Part shown: positions 31,780-42,740 of the stretch, one piece after another
Layout of the letters: each line of letters opens with the position of its first letter
Position numbering within the stretch: position 1 is the stretch's first letter
Source of the DNA: a virus
DNA length: 64,000 nt
Virus record (IMG/VR): IMGVR_UViG_3300033146_001759
Span: 8,958 to 72,957 of that record
Strand: one strand, 5' to 3'
Notes under the pieces: model-generated
What the model saw: only the letters and a program-made list of their open reading frames with translations
Database searches by the model: none
What the model was told of the DNA's origin: nothing
Made by a program: the position numbers and the translations under genes

Positions 31780-32886
31780 ATGGAAAAAAGAATTTGTCAA
31801 AACACAGACTGCAAAATACATTTTATACACAAAGTACATAATCAAATATATTGTTGTGTTGAGTGTAAAGATGCAACATATAAAAAAGACAAAAAAAGTA
31901 GTTATATAAAAAAAGAACCAAAAAATCTATTACCATATGACAAATTAAAAAAAGTAGTAAATGAATATCCATTTGAAAAAATAGACCAAAGAAAAAAATA
32001 TGAAAGAATACAAAAAAAATATAGGAATTGGGTTTCAATCCCACATGATTATTATGATGAATGGGTATCTTGGGATGTTTTTTTAGGTAATGATACTATT
32101 ATCTTTTTAACTTTAAAAGAATTAAAAGAAGAAGTAAATCAAATCAAGTCAATTAATAGTGGAGAAAGTTACAGAAAAGAACAAAAGAAACATAAAAATT
32201 GGATTTATAACCCGGCTCAATTAAATGACTGGGTTTCATGGTTTCATTTTCTTGAAAATGAAAAACCAACATTTCTATTATATGAAGAACATATAAAAGA
32301 AATAAAAGAAATAAAATATGTTGTATCTAGAAGGACATATGAAATAGAACGGGGAAAACATGATGATTGGGTTTCATCCCCATGTAGAAAATTTAAAAAT
32401 GAATGGATATCGTGGAAGGTTTTTTTAAGTAAACCTGAAAGATATTGTGAATCATGTGGTGTGAAATTATTAAAAAATCAGAAAAAAACATGTGGTGATG
32501 ATAGATGCAAAAAAGATTATCGTAATAAAAAAATACATGAAAGAAAAGATAATGACCCATTGTTTAAATTAAGTATGGATATACGTAGATTGATATTAAA
32601 TAGTCTAAAAAGTGGTGGATGGGAGAAAAAATCAAGAACACATGAAATACTTGGTTGTTCTTATGAAGAATTTTTATCTTATATTGAATCTCAATTTAAA
32701 CCCTGGATGAATTGGGATAATCATGGTAAATATACAGGTTGTTATAATGAAACATGGCAATATGATCATATTATTCCTATTGCATCTTGTATGACAGAAG
32801 AAGAAGTATTAACTCGAAATCATTATACTAATTTTCAACCATTATGTTCAAAGGAAAATAATATCAAAAGTGATAAATTAATGTAG
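31780..32886 (+). CDS. HNH endonuclease with repeated W-x-S-W-x-x-F-L modules
   Basis: Three W(V/I)SW..FL repeats; WQYDHIIP..NHYTNFQPLCSKEN; start set after the promoter at 31745-31752. Confidence 0.8.
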   Translation: MEKRICQNTDCKIHFIHKVHNQIYCCVECKDATYKKDKKSSYIKKEPKNLLPYDKLKKVVNEYPFEKIDQRKKYERIQKKYRNWVSIPHDYYDEWVSWDVFLGNDTIIFLTLKELKEEVNQIKSINSGESYRKEQKKHKNWIYNPAQLNDWVSWFHFLENEKPTFLLYEEHIKEIKEIKYVVSRRTYEIERGKHDDWVSSPCRKFKNEWISWKVFLSKPERYCESCGVKLLKNQKKTCGDDRCKKDYRNKKIHERKDNDPLFKLSMDIRRLILNSLKSGGWEKKSRTHEILGCSYEEFLSYIESQFKPWMNWDNHGKYTGCYNETWQYDHIIPIASCMTEEEVLTRNHYTNFQPLCSKENNIKSDKLM

Positions 32887-33638
32887 AAAAATTATTTTTT
32901 CTTTTGATCTTTTTTTTTTTCTTGATTTTTTTTCTCTTTTTTAATTCTATTAGTATTTTTAGATCTTGATTCACTTGGATTTTGTGTTGAACATGCACTT
33001 AAATCTATTTTTATGTTTTTTGTCATAATAATTTATATGTTTTTATATTGTAGTGCAAAAACATAAAAAAGTTTTATATGTTCTGTTTTTTGTTCCCATC
33101 ACACCTTTATTCCAATATTCTATACTATGATATTGTTTCATAAATATTCTTTTTATATAATATACAAAGATAACATAAAATACTATACAAATAAAAAAAA
33201 ATTATATATTAATTTATTTTTTATTAAACAACAACCTAATAAGTAAATATATTTCACCAAAAAACACCTATATAAATATAAAAATGATAATAATTAATGA
33301 TAATGGAATCTTCCATAATAAATTTAAAAATATCATATTTTAATTTATTCCTTTGTTATTTTTTAATTATATATTAATTCACGAAACCAATTTATTTCAG
33401 CATCTATATCTTTAACTATTATATTATACTTCTTTATCCTAATATAATTATTAATTATTTTATTATTTATTTCATCTGCTTCTGTATTAGTTATCTTATT
33501 AGAATTTATAATTAGATAAAACATCTCTCTATTATTATCAAAAATATCTAATACATCCTCTATTTGGTTTTTTTTTTATCTTCTGTTCTATAACAACAAA
33601 TATTTTTTCAAAATTTCTTAAAAAAGTATCAACAATTT

Positions 33639-33860
33639 TTATTTTTTTTTATTATTTGTTTCCAACCATCGTGCAAATTTTTTATTACTTAATTTAAATA
33701 AAACTAATATACTTATTAACATAGTCCAAATAATATTAGATATACCTATACCATAATCATGATCTACATAATATCCAATAATACTTGTTAATATCCATAA
33801 AAATATTATCAACATAAATATATAATCTTTTCTATTTTTTCCAATCATACTAATTTTCAT
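33639..33860 (-). CDS. small membrane protein
   Basis: Two TM segments. Confidence 0.6.
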   Translation of the reverse strand: MKISMIGKNRKDYIFMLIIFLWILTSIIGYYVDHDYGIGISNIIWTMLISILVLFKLSNKKFARWLETNNKKK

Positions 33861-34107
33861 TACTATTATTTTGTTTAATATTTACTAAAGGTGGAATTAA
33901 GGTTTTAATTAATTTTCCAACAAATCCAACAAATAAGAAAAAACCAATTGCTGTACCCCAAGAAACATGCGTCACTGGTAATGGTACTCCCCAACTAACA
34001 AAATCTACTGCCATAACATTAAAAACTATCATAGCAACCAATGCATCAACAATGGTATAACCAATCCAAAAAAAGTTCTTAATAAATCCTAAAAGTGCTC
34101 CTAACAT
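33850..34107 (-). CDS. small membrane protein
   Basis: Two to three TM segments. Confidence 0.65.
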   Translation of the reverse strand: MLGALLGFIKNFFWIGYTIVDALVAMIVFNVMAVDFVSWGVPLPVTHVSWGTAIGFFLFVGFVGKLIKTLIPPLVNIKQNNSNEN

Positions 34108-34146
34108 AATTTTTATTTTTAAAGTTTATATTAATTATTTAATTAT

Positions 34147-35343
34147 TTAATTATCAATTCCATTTTTAACGATATATATACCTAAACCTACACACACCAT
34201 CAAAGTAAAAACATATGCCATAACAACTGCCCATAATGGGGGTTCAACTGTTAAATAATCGAATTGTTCAAACGATAACCTCTCCCAACGGTTATTAACT
34301 TCACCCTTTACATATGATGCTATATCTAGCATATCTTTTTCATTTAATTTTTTACCTTGAATATATTTATGAATATTACTTACCATTCCAGCAGAATTAG
34401 ACCAAGTAAAAACCCTATTCCAAACAATATTATTTTCACCATCAACACCAATATTAATAACCAATTCATTTTTATTTCCACCTACCCAATAATTTTCTTG
34501 CATATCTCCAATAGTTTCATCTGTGGTTTTATGAATAAGTACCCAAATTCTTACTTGTTTATCATAACCCAATGCACCATTTATTTTTTGATATTCTTTT
34601 TGTACTTTTTTATTATTCCAACCTAAAACACTAGGGTATGTGAAATAATCTCGATCAAATATTGGATATTTAAATAGTTTTAATGAATCTGCTTTTTCAT
34701 CAGTAACTTCAATAAAATTAAAAACAGTATAATCTGATGATTTAATTCTATTTTCATATGTATGAATAGTTACAATTGGCTCTTGTGTATCATACATTTT
34801 ATCCCAATTCACCCTCCAAACATAAGACATATTACCAACACGTTGTCCTTGGAATTTAGTCCCACTTGAACTAACACATCTATCATTTTTTGAATAATTT
34901 CTTCTTGTTTTTGTTTTTACTCTATTCCCACCAAATTGTTTTTTTAATTTTTCATATTTATTTTCACTAATACCAATATATATTCCTAATTTAGTCATAA
35001 CATACCATTTTGGTCCTACATCATCTTGATATGAACAATCATACGTTCTTGTACAATATGTTGTATTTCCTTTTGAATCTGTACCACAAGGATACGATTC
35101 ACTACAAGTCTGAGAAACCCACTCATTCCATGGTTCTTCCTCAACAACATAAGCAACTTCATCACCCCAATATTCAGTAAATGACACACTAGCTATATCA
35201 ACTAATGCTTTTTCACCAAATGATAAAATCGTTGGCACTAAGATAATAAGTAATATTTCCCACCAAACAACATATTTCTTAAAAAACATTAATAATATAA
35301 TAGCTGTTATTATTGCGATACCAATTGTTCCAAATATTATCAT
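34147..35343 (-). CDS. membrane protein with large Cys-containing extracytoplasmic domain
   Basis: N- and C-terminal TM segments, C..T.C motif, YWVGGNKNELV; promoter at 35385-35392. Confidence 0.8.
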   Translation of the reverse strand: MIIFGTIGIAIITAIILLMFFKKYVVWWEILLIILVPTILSFGEKALVDIASVSFTEYWGDEVAYVVEEEPWNEWVSQTCSESYPCGTDSKGNTTYCTRTYDCSYQDDVGPKWYVMTKLGIYIGISENKYEKLKKQFGGNRVKTKTRRNYSKNDRCVSSSGTKFQGQRVGNMSYVWRVNWDKMYDTQEPIVTIHTYENRIKSSDYTVFNFIEVTDEKADSLKLFKYPIFDRDYFTYPSVLGWNNKKVQKEYQKINGALGYDKQVRIWVLIHKTTDETIGDMQENYWVGGNKNELVINIGVDGENNIVWNRVFTWSNSAGMVSNIHKYIQGKKLNEKDMLDIASYVKGEVNNRWERLSFEQFDYLTVEPPLWAVVMAYVFTLMVCVGLGIYIVKNGIDN

Positions 35344-35434
35344 TTCTTTTTTATTTTTAAGATTATTAATTTATTAAATATATACAAAGATAATAAATAT
35401 ATATATATTAAACACATATATTTTTAATATTTTT

Positions 35435-35641
35435 TTATTTTATCTCTTGTTCTTCTAAATACCATTCAGCAAACATTTTAAATCGATCCATTGGAATATT
35501 TATTGTTGTGTGACCCATTGTTAAAATAACAATATTAGGTTTAACCATTATACTTTGGTCATTAAAGCCTATTCCTTGTTCATTTAATCGTTTTGCTGTA
35601 TCTATATCATTACAGTCACATGGTTTAATTTTTGTTTTCAT
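35435..35641 (-). CDS. hypothetical protein
   Basis: 68 aa ORF. Confidence 0.6.
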   Translation of the reverse strand: MKTKIKPCDCNDIDTAKRLNEQGIGFNDQSIMVKPNIVILTMGHTTINIPMDRFKMFAEWYLEEQEIK

Positions 35642-35829
35642 AATCCTTCTATCATTCCATTTTGAATATCTTCATCTGCTAATAATAGTAATATAGCTGA
35701 AATTTCATATGCACCTTCTGGACCAAACTTACTTAAAATTTTCTTCCCTTCAGAAATATACATATCTTTTAATTTTTCTAATTCTTCCACATCAAATGAT
35801 TTTTTATTCATATTCTCGTTATAATCCAT
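35638..35829 (-). CDS. hypothetical protein
   Basis: 63 aa ORF overlapping its neighbours. Confidence 0.55.
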   Translation of the reverse strand: MDYNENMNKKSFDVEELEKLKDMYISEGKKILSKFGPEGAYEISAILLLLADEDIQNGMIEGL

Positions 35830-36199
35830 AATATTCCTCTCTTTTAATTTCTTTATTTATTTTCATTTTTTGTGCTAATACCCACACTCCACCTTGAGAT
35901 TTTGGTCTATTATAATATTCAATATCTTCTACTTCTACTTCTACCCATACTCTATTTTTTTCACTTAAATGTGGTGCATTTGGTTCTAATGTACAATGCC
36001 AACCTTGTCTAACAACAAATCCCTTAGTTGGGTGATTTTCAGCATCCATCCACACCCCAATATCCATCCGGGATTTCTTATTTATAAATAATGGACTCAA
36101 TTTACCATCTTTCATTTTTCTTATTAATTTATATACTATCATATATATTTTTTTTATTTTTTTTTTAAAAAAACCAAACATCAGATATATCACCATCAT
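35819..36199 (-). CDS. hypothetical phage protein (true start probably at MIVYKL)
   Basis: GWHCT..PNAPHLS and RPKSQGG.W motifs. Confidence 0.7.
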   Translation of the reverse strand: MMVIYLMFGFFKKKIKKIYMIVYKLIRKMKDGKLSPLFINKKSRMDIGVWMDAENHPTKGFVVRQGWHCTLEPNAPHLSEKNRVWVEVEVEDIEYYNRPKSQGGVWVLAQKMKINKEIKREEYYGL

Positions 36200-36443
36200 A
36201 TACTTTGCTTACATTTTCTTGTGCTTTTTTTAATGCATTACGACTACAATATTCTGTAATAATATATGGTTTATCCAACCATTTAATAGTAGAAGTTATT
36301 TCAGCATTAACAACACAACCATTTATACCTAAATATATAAATGGCTCATATACATATGTTTTTTTTATTAAAAAAAAACCACATTCATATATTTTTGAAA
36401 TTTTATCTATAATTTTTTTTTAAAATAACCATAATTTATATTT

Positions 36444-36635
36444 TTAATATGTTGAATTTAATCTAACTACACTTTCTGATTCTACATAAAAATCCAACGG
36501 ATAACTTTCCTCAGATATAATTAAATTTTCATCAATCATAACTTCTTTTACAGTATGTACATCAACTGTTTTTTCGTGTGTTTGAATAACTATCAAATCA
36601 CCTTTTTCTATTTCTTCTATACTAACAATTTCCAT
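36444..36635 (-). CDS. hypothetical protein
   Basis: 63 aa ORF. Confidence 0.55.
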   Translation of the reverse strand: MEIVSIEEIEKGDLIVIQTHEKTVDVHTVKEVMIDENLIISEESYPLDFYVESESVVRLNSTY

Positions 36636-36639
36636 ATTT

Positions 36640-37014
36640 TTATTTTATAAAATGTATATCTTTTATCCAAAAACCATCATATTTCGATAATATATTCGAG
36701 TGTTGTTGTTTTTTAAAACACTTTCGACAAACTCTATGTTGTTTTGTTGCTGATCCAAAACACCAATATACCCAGTTATGTACACAAAAAATTTTTTTTA
36801 TTTCTACACGATTAAGAAATCCCATCAATACATCTTTATCAACATCTTTACTTATAGGAGTATAATCATTTTTTTTTAGACGACTATTTATCACCATATT
36901 ATCTTTTTTATTATCAATATTACCTTCCATTAATATTTTTATTAAAGTATATGCTTGATGTTTTGTTAGTTTATGTTCATCTAAATCACTTAAAATACTT
37001 TTTAAATTTTCCAT
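36640..37014 (-). CDS. hypothetical protein with C-x-H..C-x-x-C zinc motif
   Basis: FCVHNW...VCRKC. Confidence 0.65.
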   Translation of the reverse strand: MENLKSILSDLDEHKLTKHQAYTLIKILMEGNIDNKKDNMVINSRLKKNDYTPISKDVDKDVLMGFLNRVEIKKIFCVHNWVYWCFGSATKQHRVCRKCFKKQQHSNILSKYDGFWIKDIHFIK

Positions 37015-37102
37015 ATTATTTCTCCTAAATATTTTTTATATTAAATATTTAAACATAAATTAGGATGATACTAACAATTATTAATATCATCCTAATTCTA
37101 AT

Positions 37103-37879
37103 TTATTTAATTTGGTTTCCAGTCGCTAAAACAACCTCTGGATGTTCTTTTAATACTTTAGACACTTTATCTTTTTTCATTTGGTCAGATGATACATTTT
37201 TATTATCTGATTTAGAGTCTGATTTAGATTCTGATTTAGATACATTTTTATTATCTGATTTAAATAAATCAATATCATCATCTACACCTTTTTCAAATAC
37301 ATCTTCTGTTGACGTTGATGTCACTGGTTTATATGATAAAATTTCCCAAACTTCTTCGGTTTCCATTGTTAATTTTAAATGTTTAATTTCTTCTTTTGAA
37401 AATCGTCTATCAAAATAATCTTTACCATCTAAAATTTCATCATTAATAAACCAAGTCTGTGGTTTTGTCTTAATATATGTAGCGTATTCTCTTGATACAT
37501 CAATACAAATATCTTGTGCTCTTTTAAATTTTGCCCTTTCTGTTTTAATTGATACCATTAATTCTTTATACATATCCGTAGATAATTGTGGATTAAACCC
37601 AGATACAAGCTGTAACATTGCATCATCACTCATTAAATCTCCAGCAATTTTACTAAATACATCCTCAAAATCATTTGAAAATTTATCTGTAACTTGTGCA
37701 TTTTGTGATATAACTTTAAACATGTTATCACGAGCAGTTTTACCTACTTTATATTGCCCTTTAAAACGCTCTCTTAAAGCCATTTCTTTGTTATCTATCC
37801 CCATATCATAGATAAACAACCCAACACCAACTGCTGCAATCACAGCAATCACAGCAATCACTAATACTAATTTTTTCAT
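37103..37879 (-). CDS. LemA-like membrane-anchored helical protein
   Basis: N-terminal TM, helical body, SKSD repeats near the C-terminus; promoter at 37917-37924. Confidence 0.6.
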   Translation of the reverse strand: MKKLVLVIAVIAVIAAVGVGLFIYDMGIDNKEMALRERFKGQYKVGKTARDNMFKVISQNAQVTDKFSNDFEDVFSKIAGDLMSDDAMLQLVSGFNPQLSTDMYKELMVSIKTERAKFKRAQDICIDVSREYATYIKTKPQTWFINDEILDGKDYFDRRFSKEEIKHLKLTMETEEVWEILSYKPVTSTSTEDVFEKGVDDDIDLFKSDNKNVSKSESKSDSKSDNKNVSSDQMKKDKVSKVLKEHPEVVLATGNQIK

Positions 37880-37964
37880 ACTTAATTTATTTTTTTAATT
37901 TATAATTATTGAATTGCAAAGATAATACTTTTTTTCCTTAAAACCCAAACAATATATTAATATA

Positions 37965-38285
37965 TTATTCTTTTTTTATATATTCTCTAGCATATCCTCT
38001 TATCGTTGTTTCTTTTACAGGATTATTATCCTCTTTTTTATTTTTTTTAGATTCTATTTCGTCAATTAATTTATAATTCACTAATTGTATATAATTCTGT
38101 TCAATAAATTCATCAAAATATTTTTCTTTTATTTCATAATCATAATATGGTTCTTCACTTTTTTGACCATTTTTAATCATACTATAATCACCACTCCCTA
38201 TCAATTTTGCATCAATAGGTAAAATACACCCCACACACGTTCTAACTATAATAAAACTTTCTGTTTCTTTTCTCATTTTAATCAT
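37965..38285 (-). CDS. hypothetical protein
   Basis: 106 aa ORF. Confidence 0.6.
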   Translation of the reverse strand: MIKMRKETESFIIVRTCVGCILPIDAKLIGSGDYSMIKNGQKSEEPYYDYEIKEKYFDEFIEQNYIQLVNYKLIDEIESKKNKKEDNNPVKETTIRGYAREYIKKE

Positions 38286-38300
38286 ATTAAAATAACAATA

Positions 38301-38633
38301 TTAATCTTTTTTTAATATTGTTTTTATTTTTTTTATCCTTATTCTATTGTTCAATATCATATCAACTAAATCAGACTTATTTACATTTTTATGAAAAATA
38401 ACAGTAAAATAGATTTCTGTCAATATACCCATATCTGTTTCAATATAATAAGAGCTAATATGTGATACGTGACTATAAATATTTTCACCATCATAATATA
38501 TCACATTATAAATATTATTAAATTCATACTCACCACATAATACTATTGATTCTATTATATTCTTTTTTTCATTAAATATAATTGAAGAAATTTTATAATA
38601 AATTTTATCTATCAATATTATATTATCTAACAT
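38301..38633 (-). CDS. hypothetical protein with RxxKIKTIL motif
   Basis: Ends IRIKKIKTILKKD. Confidence 0.6.
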   Translation of the reverse strand: MLDNIILIDKIYYKISSIIFNEKKNIIESIVLCGEYEFNNIYNVIYYDGENIYSHVSHISSYYIETDMGILTEIYFTVIFHKNVNKSDLVDMILNNRIRIKKIKTILKKD

Positions 38634-38635
38634 AA

Positions 38636-39433
38636 TTATATACTAAATTCTACACTAATTAATAAATTTGATGTCTCACCCAAAACCAATAAATATGTTT
38701 CGGCAACATAAACAATCATATTTTTATCAACATCATAATTTATACAATTAAAATATTTTTTTGGAAAAGATACAGTCTCATCCGGCATATCAATATTACA
38801 TACATTAAAATCCCACCTATTCTCTCCAATTGATAATTGTTCATTTTTAATATTCATATACAATACATCATTATCCTTTTCTATACCTGCTTTACTTTTT
38901 ATATATCTAAAATCATCTTCTTTTAATGAAAAATTAAACATCGTTAAATCTATATCCATTAAATTATCAATCTGATCAGTATCAATATCTTGTTCGTTTG
39001 AAGGTTTTGCACCTGGTGTTTCTTCTTTACTTTTACTATTTTTAATCAATAATTTTTCACATATATTTGATTCAGGATAATATGTTAACTGAAACACAAC
39101 ATCATCAAATATCTCTTGTGATCTCATATATTTTATAAACATTGATATTGAATTAGTAAATCGCTTACCATCATCTATTTTATATAATATTTCATCATCT
39201 AACTTATCTTTAATAATTGAAAATGTTTCACTAATTACTTGTGTATGTGATTTAAATGAATGAATATTCACACCCTTTCCAACTATCGAATATATTAATA
39301 AATCATTATTATTTAATTTCAAGTAAACAGATTTATCTAATTTTGTTAAATCTTTCATTTTCTTAATCAACTCTTCTAATTTATCCAAACTGATTTTATA
39401 ATTTGCTTTTTTTGTATTAATTCTTTTTGCCAT
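38636..39433 (-). CDS. probable DNA sliding clamp (gp45/PCNA-like)
   Basis: 265 aa, alternating helix and strand pattern in two similar halves, ends on beta strands; inferred only. Confidence 0.45.
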   Translation of the reverse strand: MAKRINTKKANYKISLDKLEELIKKMKDLTKLDKSVYLKLNNNDLLIYSIVGKGVNIHSFKSHTQVISETFSIIKDKLDDEILYKIDDGKRFTNSISMFIKYMRSQEIFDDVVFQLTYYPESNICEKLLIKNSKSKEETPGAKPSNEQDIDTDQIDNLMDIDLTMFNFSLKEDDFRYIKSKAGIEKDNDVLYMNIKNEQLSIGENRWDFNVCNIDMPDETVSFPKKYFNCINYDVDKNMIVYVAETYLLVLGETSNLLISVEFSI

Positions 39434-39671
39434 TTAATATTGTTTTTATTTTTTCAACTCTAATACTATTTTTTATAATATTTAGTGATTCTAAACATTC
39501 TTTCATATTTTTACCTAAAACATATTTAGGTTCACCATCAACATATAATATCAATGATGTATAATTAAGTACCTCATTTTCTTTTATTTCAGATTTTTTA
39601 AAAATATTTAGAAATAATCTAGTTAATTCATCAATTTCATCTTTCATCCAATTATTAGTAAATGTATTCAT
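39417..39671 (-). CDS. hypothetical protein with RxxKIKTIL motif
   Basis: Ends IRVEKIKTILNGKKN. Confidence 0.6.
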   Translation of the reverse strand: MNTFTNNWMKDEIDELTRLFLNIFKKSEIKENEVLNYTSLILYVDGEPKYVLGKNMKECLESLNIIKNSIRVEKIKTILNGKKN

Positions 39672-39752
39672 ATTTTATATAGTTGTAATTTTTAATTTTG
39701 TTTATTTATACAACCAAATATTTATTCGTTATTTGTAGCTCACCCACAAATG

Positions 39753-39790
39753 AAATGTGGCTCATATATTTGAATATATGAGCCACATTT
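39753..39790. terminator. perfect 18-bp inverted repeat (terminator or binding site)
   Basis: AAATGTGGCTCATATATT-TG-AATATATGAGCCACATTT. Confidence 0.7.
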
Positions 39791-39805
39791 ATAATTTTAA
39801 TTAGC

Positions 39806-40756
39806 TTATTTTTTAATTTCTTCTAAATATGGTGAAATTAATTCCGAAAATGTTTTCTTAACATCTTCAATATACTCTTTACCTATTGATGTTATCTTAT
39901 TAGTTAATGGGTTAAAATCATCACCTATTTCTTTTGCTGGTGTTTTTGCTTCAGCATCATCATTAGAACTTATTCGTTTAGCTGTTACTTCACCACGATC
40001 ATTCACATCTGATATAACTATTTTTTCTTTTTTACCATCTTTTGTTTCATAATTATAAACATCACCTTTTTTTAATTCTTTATTATGATCTTCATTTTTA
40101 GCTAATTCTTCATCTAATTTTTTCATTGATTCTTTTTGCTTATTTTGAATTTTTTTCATTTTATCTGAATATTCATTATTTGCATCTTTTTCACTCATTT
40201 TTAAACCATTTACTAAAAAATCTATTTTTTTCTTAATTATATCTTCTTCCAACTCAACCATTTTTAATTGAGCATACATTTTAGCAGTAAATATTTCTTC
40301 ACCTTTTTTATTTTTTATATATGGTTCTATTTTTTTGTGAGTTAATTTTATTTTTGTATTTATAGCTTTATCTAATTCATTTTCTGCTTCCTTTGAATCT
40401 TTTGTTGATGTATCCTTTGTTTTTGTGTGCTCTTCCATATTATCAACAATACTTTCTTCTATAACATTATCTTCTTTATCTTTATCATCGGAATGATTCT
40501 CACTATCAATATTTTTTTTATCATTTATTGATTTTTTAAAATCTTCAACTAAATTTTTCTGTTTAAATAAGCTTTCTATATCTTCTTTTGCAGAAGCAAT
40601 AATAGGATCTATTTTTTTAGCCACTTTTATTTTTTTTGCATAATCTAACAATTTACCCCCCAAAAACTTAAACATTTTTCCTAATATACTTTCATTTATA
40701 TTATTATTTTTCTCATTTAAAAAATCATCATATGTTTTTATATTTTTTAATTTCAT
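39806..40756 (-). CDS. charged helical protein with CTS-like N-terminus
   Basis: Starts MKLKNIKTYDDFLNE...INES. Confidence 0.75.
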   Translation of the reverse strand: MKLKNIKTYDDFLNEKNNNINESILGKMFKFLGGKLLDYAKKIKVAKKIDPIIASAKEDIESLFKQKNLVEDFKKSINDKKNIDSENHSDDKDKEDNVIEESIVDNMEEHTKTKDTSTKDSKEAENELDKAINTKIKLTHKKIEPYIKNKKGEEIFTAKMYAQLKMVELEEDIIKKKIDFLVNGLKMSEKDANNEYSDKMKKIQNKQKESMKKLDEELAKNEDHNKELKKGDVYNYETKDGKKEKIVISDVNDRGEVTAKRISSNDDAEAKTPAKEIGDDFNPLTNKITSIGKEYIEDVKKTFSELISPYLEEIKK

Positions 40757-40774
40757 TTCATTTAATTATTTTAT

Positions 40775-41089
40775 TTATATATTAATAATATAATACGACA
40801 TTGTTTCTTTATCACCAGCAATAGATGTTTTATTTGATTTTTCTATAAAATTTTCTTTTTCTAAAACTGTTATTATTTTTTCATCAACTCCAGGATTTAT
40901 AAAAAATTCATGTTTTCCTAATAAATCTGTATCTGGAATAGTTATAGATAATGCTTGATATATTTCTCCACCCATCATAATATATATTTCATCGGAATAT
41001 AATAATGTAAATACAATTTTTTCTCCCAATAAATTAACCGAGAAAATACCACTTTCCTTTTTTTCAAAAACATTAAAACTTATTATCAT
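40775..41089 (-). CDS. hypothetical protein with CTS-like N-terminus
   Basis: Starts MIISFNVFE. Confidence 0.65.
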   Translation of the reverse strand: MIISFNVFEKKESGIFSVNLLGEKIVFTLLYSDEIYIMMGGEIYQALSITIPDTDLLGKHEFFINPGVDEKIITVLEKENFIEKSNKTSIAGDKETMSYYIINI

Positions 41090-41105
41090 AATCTTTTATA
41101 TATTT

Positions 41106-41600
41106 TTATTTCATAAATATATTTCTTATTAATTCTGCAATATATTTTAATATTGCATATATTTTATTTTTTGGACTTAATTTTGGAGATTCTTCTTCTA
41201 CTCTTTTTTTAGCATATTCTAATATTTCATCATAATTCAAAATCTCAGAATGTAAACTACCATCATAATCAACAAAATCACCATCTTCAAAAAATATTTT
41301 AATATAATCAAAATCTAATTTATACATTGCTTCATCTTCTGGTTCTAATTCATATGGGTTAATATCATCATCAATACCATCTAATTCAAACCCAACAATT
41401 GGTGAATTATTATTTATAAAACTAAAATCTGTACCAGTAAATTCTAATTCAATATTTGGTAATTCTTCAAATTTAGTATCTAACCTTAAAAATACTTTAT
41501 TTTTTGTATATTCAGAGGATATTATATCCATATTCATATTCCCAGAAAAATCAAATTCATACCTTGATTCAAATTTTTTAAAATTATCTATATATCTCAT
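41106..41600 (-). CDS. acidic hypothetical protein with CTS-like N-terminus
   Basis: Probable start MRYIDNFKKFES, downstream of TTTATATATA. Confidence 0.7.
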   Translation of the reverse strand: MRYIDNFKKFESRYEFDFSGNMNMDIISSEYTKNKVFLRLDTKFEELPNIELEFTGTDFSFINNNSPIVGFELDGIDDDINPYELEPEDEAMYKLDFDYIKIFFEDGDFVDYDGSLHSEILNYDEILEYAKKRVEEESPKLSPKNKIYAILKYIAELIRNIFMK

Positions 41601-41641
41601 TTTTTTATTTTTTTTTTTATTATATATAAAATATCCTAAAC

Positions 41642-41675
41642 AAAAAAAAAAGGTTAGCATAAACTAACCTTTTTT
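41642..41675. terminator. terminator after clpP
   Basis: AAAAAGGTTAG...CTAACCTTTTT. Confidence 0.7.
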
Positions 41676-41694
41676 AACACTATTTTATTCAATA

Positions 41695-42459
41695 CTATTT
41701 CTGAGCTTCTAAAATATTATTATAATATGTATCAAACCCTTCTAATTGTTCAGTAATAGATTTAACATCACCCCCAATACCGATAACATTATCCATTATT
41801 CCAAATTTAACTGCTTCATCTGAATTTAACCAATTATCTCGTTTAGACACTTCTAATATTTCATGTACTGATTTATTTGTATATTTTCCTAACCTTTTAA
41901 ATAAAAGATAATTCGCTTTTTCTGCTTCTTTTTGTGTAATTCTAACATCTTGAATATTACCCTGAGCACCATATGATACTTGGTGTGTCATAACCTTAGA
42001 ATTAATCAAACCTCTACGTTTTCCTTTCTCACCAGCACCAAGTAATACTGATCCCATAGATGCACACATACCTAAATTGATTGTACTTATTGGTGGTTCA
42101 ACAAATTCCATAGTATCAATTATACCTAATCCAGCATCAACACTACCACCAGGAGTATTTAAATACATTTTTATTTCTAGTGATGTATCAACTGATTCCA
42201 AAAACAACAATTGTGCTTGAATTATATCAGACATTTGAGAATTAACTACACCAGATAACCACAAAATTCTATCTTTCATCAATCTATCAAAAACTGACAT
42301 AGTAATCATATTCATCTCTCTTTCCTCAACAATATGTGGAGTATAAAGACCACTCACAGAATTTTGTTGTTTAATTACTTGGTCAACCACAAGACCATTA
42401 TAACCAAGATGTTTAACAGCATAATCTCTAAATTCTTTTTCATTATTCATTTTATTCAT
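41695..42459 (-). CDS. clpP: ATP-dependent Clp protease proteolytic subunit
   Basis: SVFDRLMKDRI, AQLLFLE, YLNTPGG, GMCASMGS, MTHQ and RDNWL. Confidence 0.95.
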   Translation of the reverse strand: MNKMNNEKEFRDYAVKHLGYNGLVVDQVIKQQNSVSGLYTPHIVEEREMNMITMSVFDRLMKDRILWLSGVVNSQMSDIIQAQLLFLESVDTSLEIKMYLNTPGGSVDAGLGIIDTMEFVEPPISTINLGMCASMGSVLLGAGEKGKRRGLINSKVMTHQVSYGAQGNIQDVRITQKEAEKANYLLFKRLGKYTNKSVHEILEVSKRDNWLNSDEAVKFGIMDNVIGIGGDVKSITEQLEGFDTYYNNILEAQK

Positions 42460-42740
42460 ATTTTAAAATATTTAATTTTTATTTATTTTATATCTAATTT
42501 TTAATTTAGTTTATATTTTTTATAAACATCTTCAGTTATTTCATTATTTTTATATAACTCATCTATCATATCACTTTTACCACTATTATATTGATTATAT
42601 AAAAAATATATAATAACTATTGTTAATATTAAAATACTTATAAGTATTGCATATGGATTCATATTTCTTTTTTTTTTAATTATTAATTTATCTTGTATTT
42701 ATCTTGTATGTGAGATATTTAATTCAGTAAAAACCATATT

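Noticed and set aside
32890-33630. Long gap without tracked ORFs as a possible ncRNA locus
   Set aside because: Very AT-rich with short or frameshifted minus-strand reading frames and no convincing helices; more likely tiny or decayed genes.
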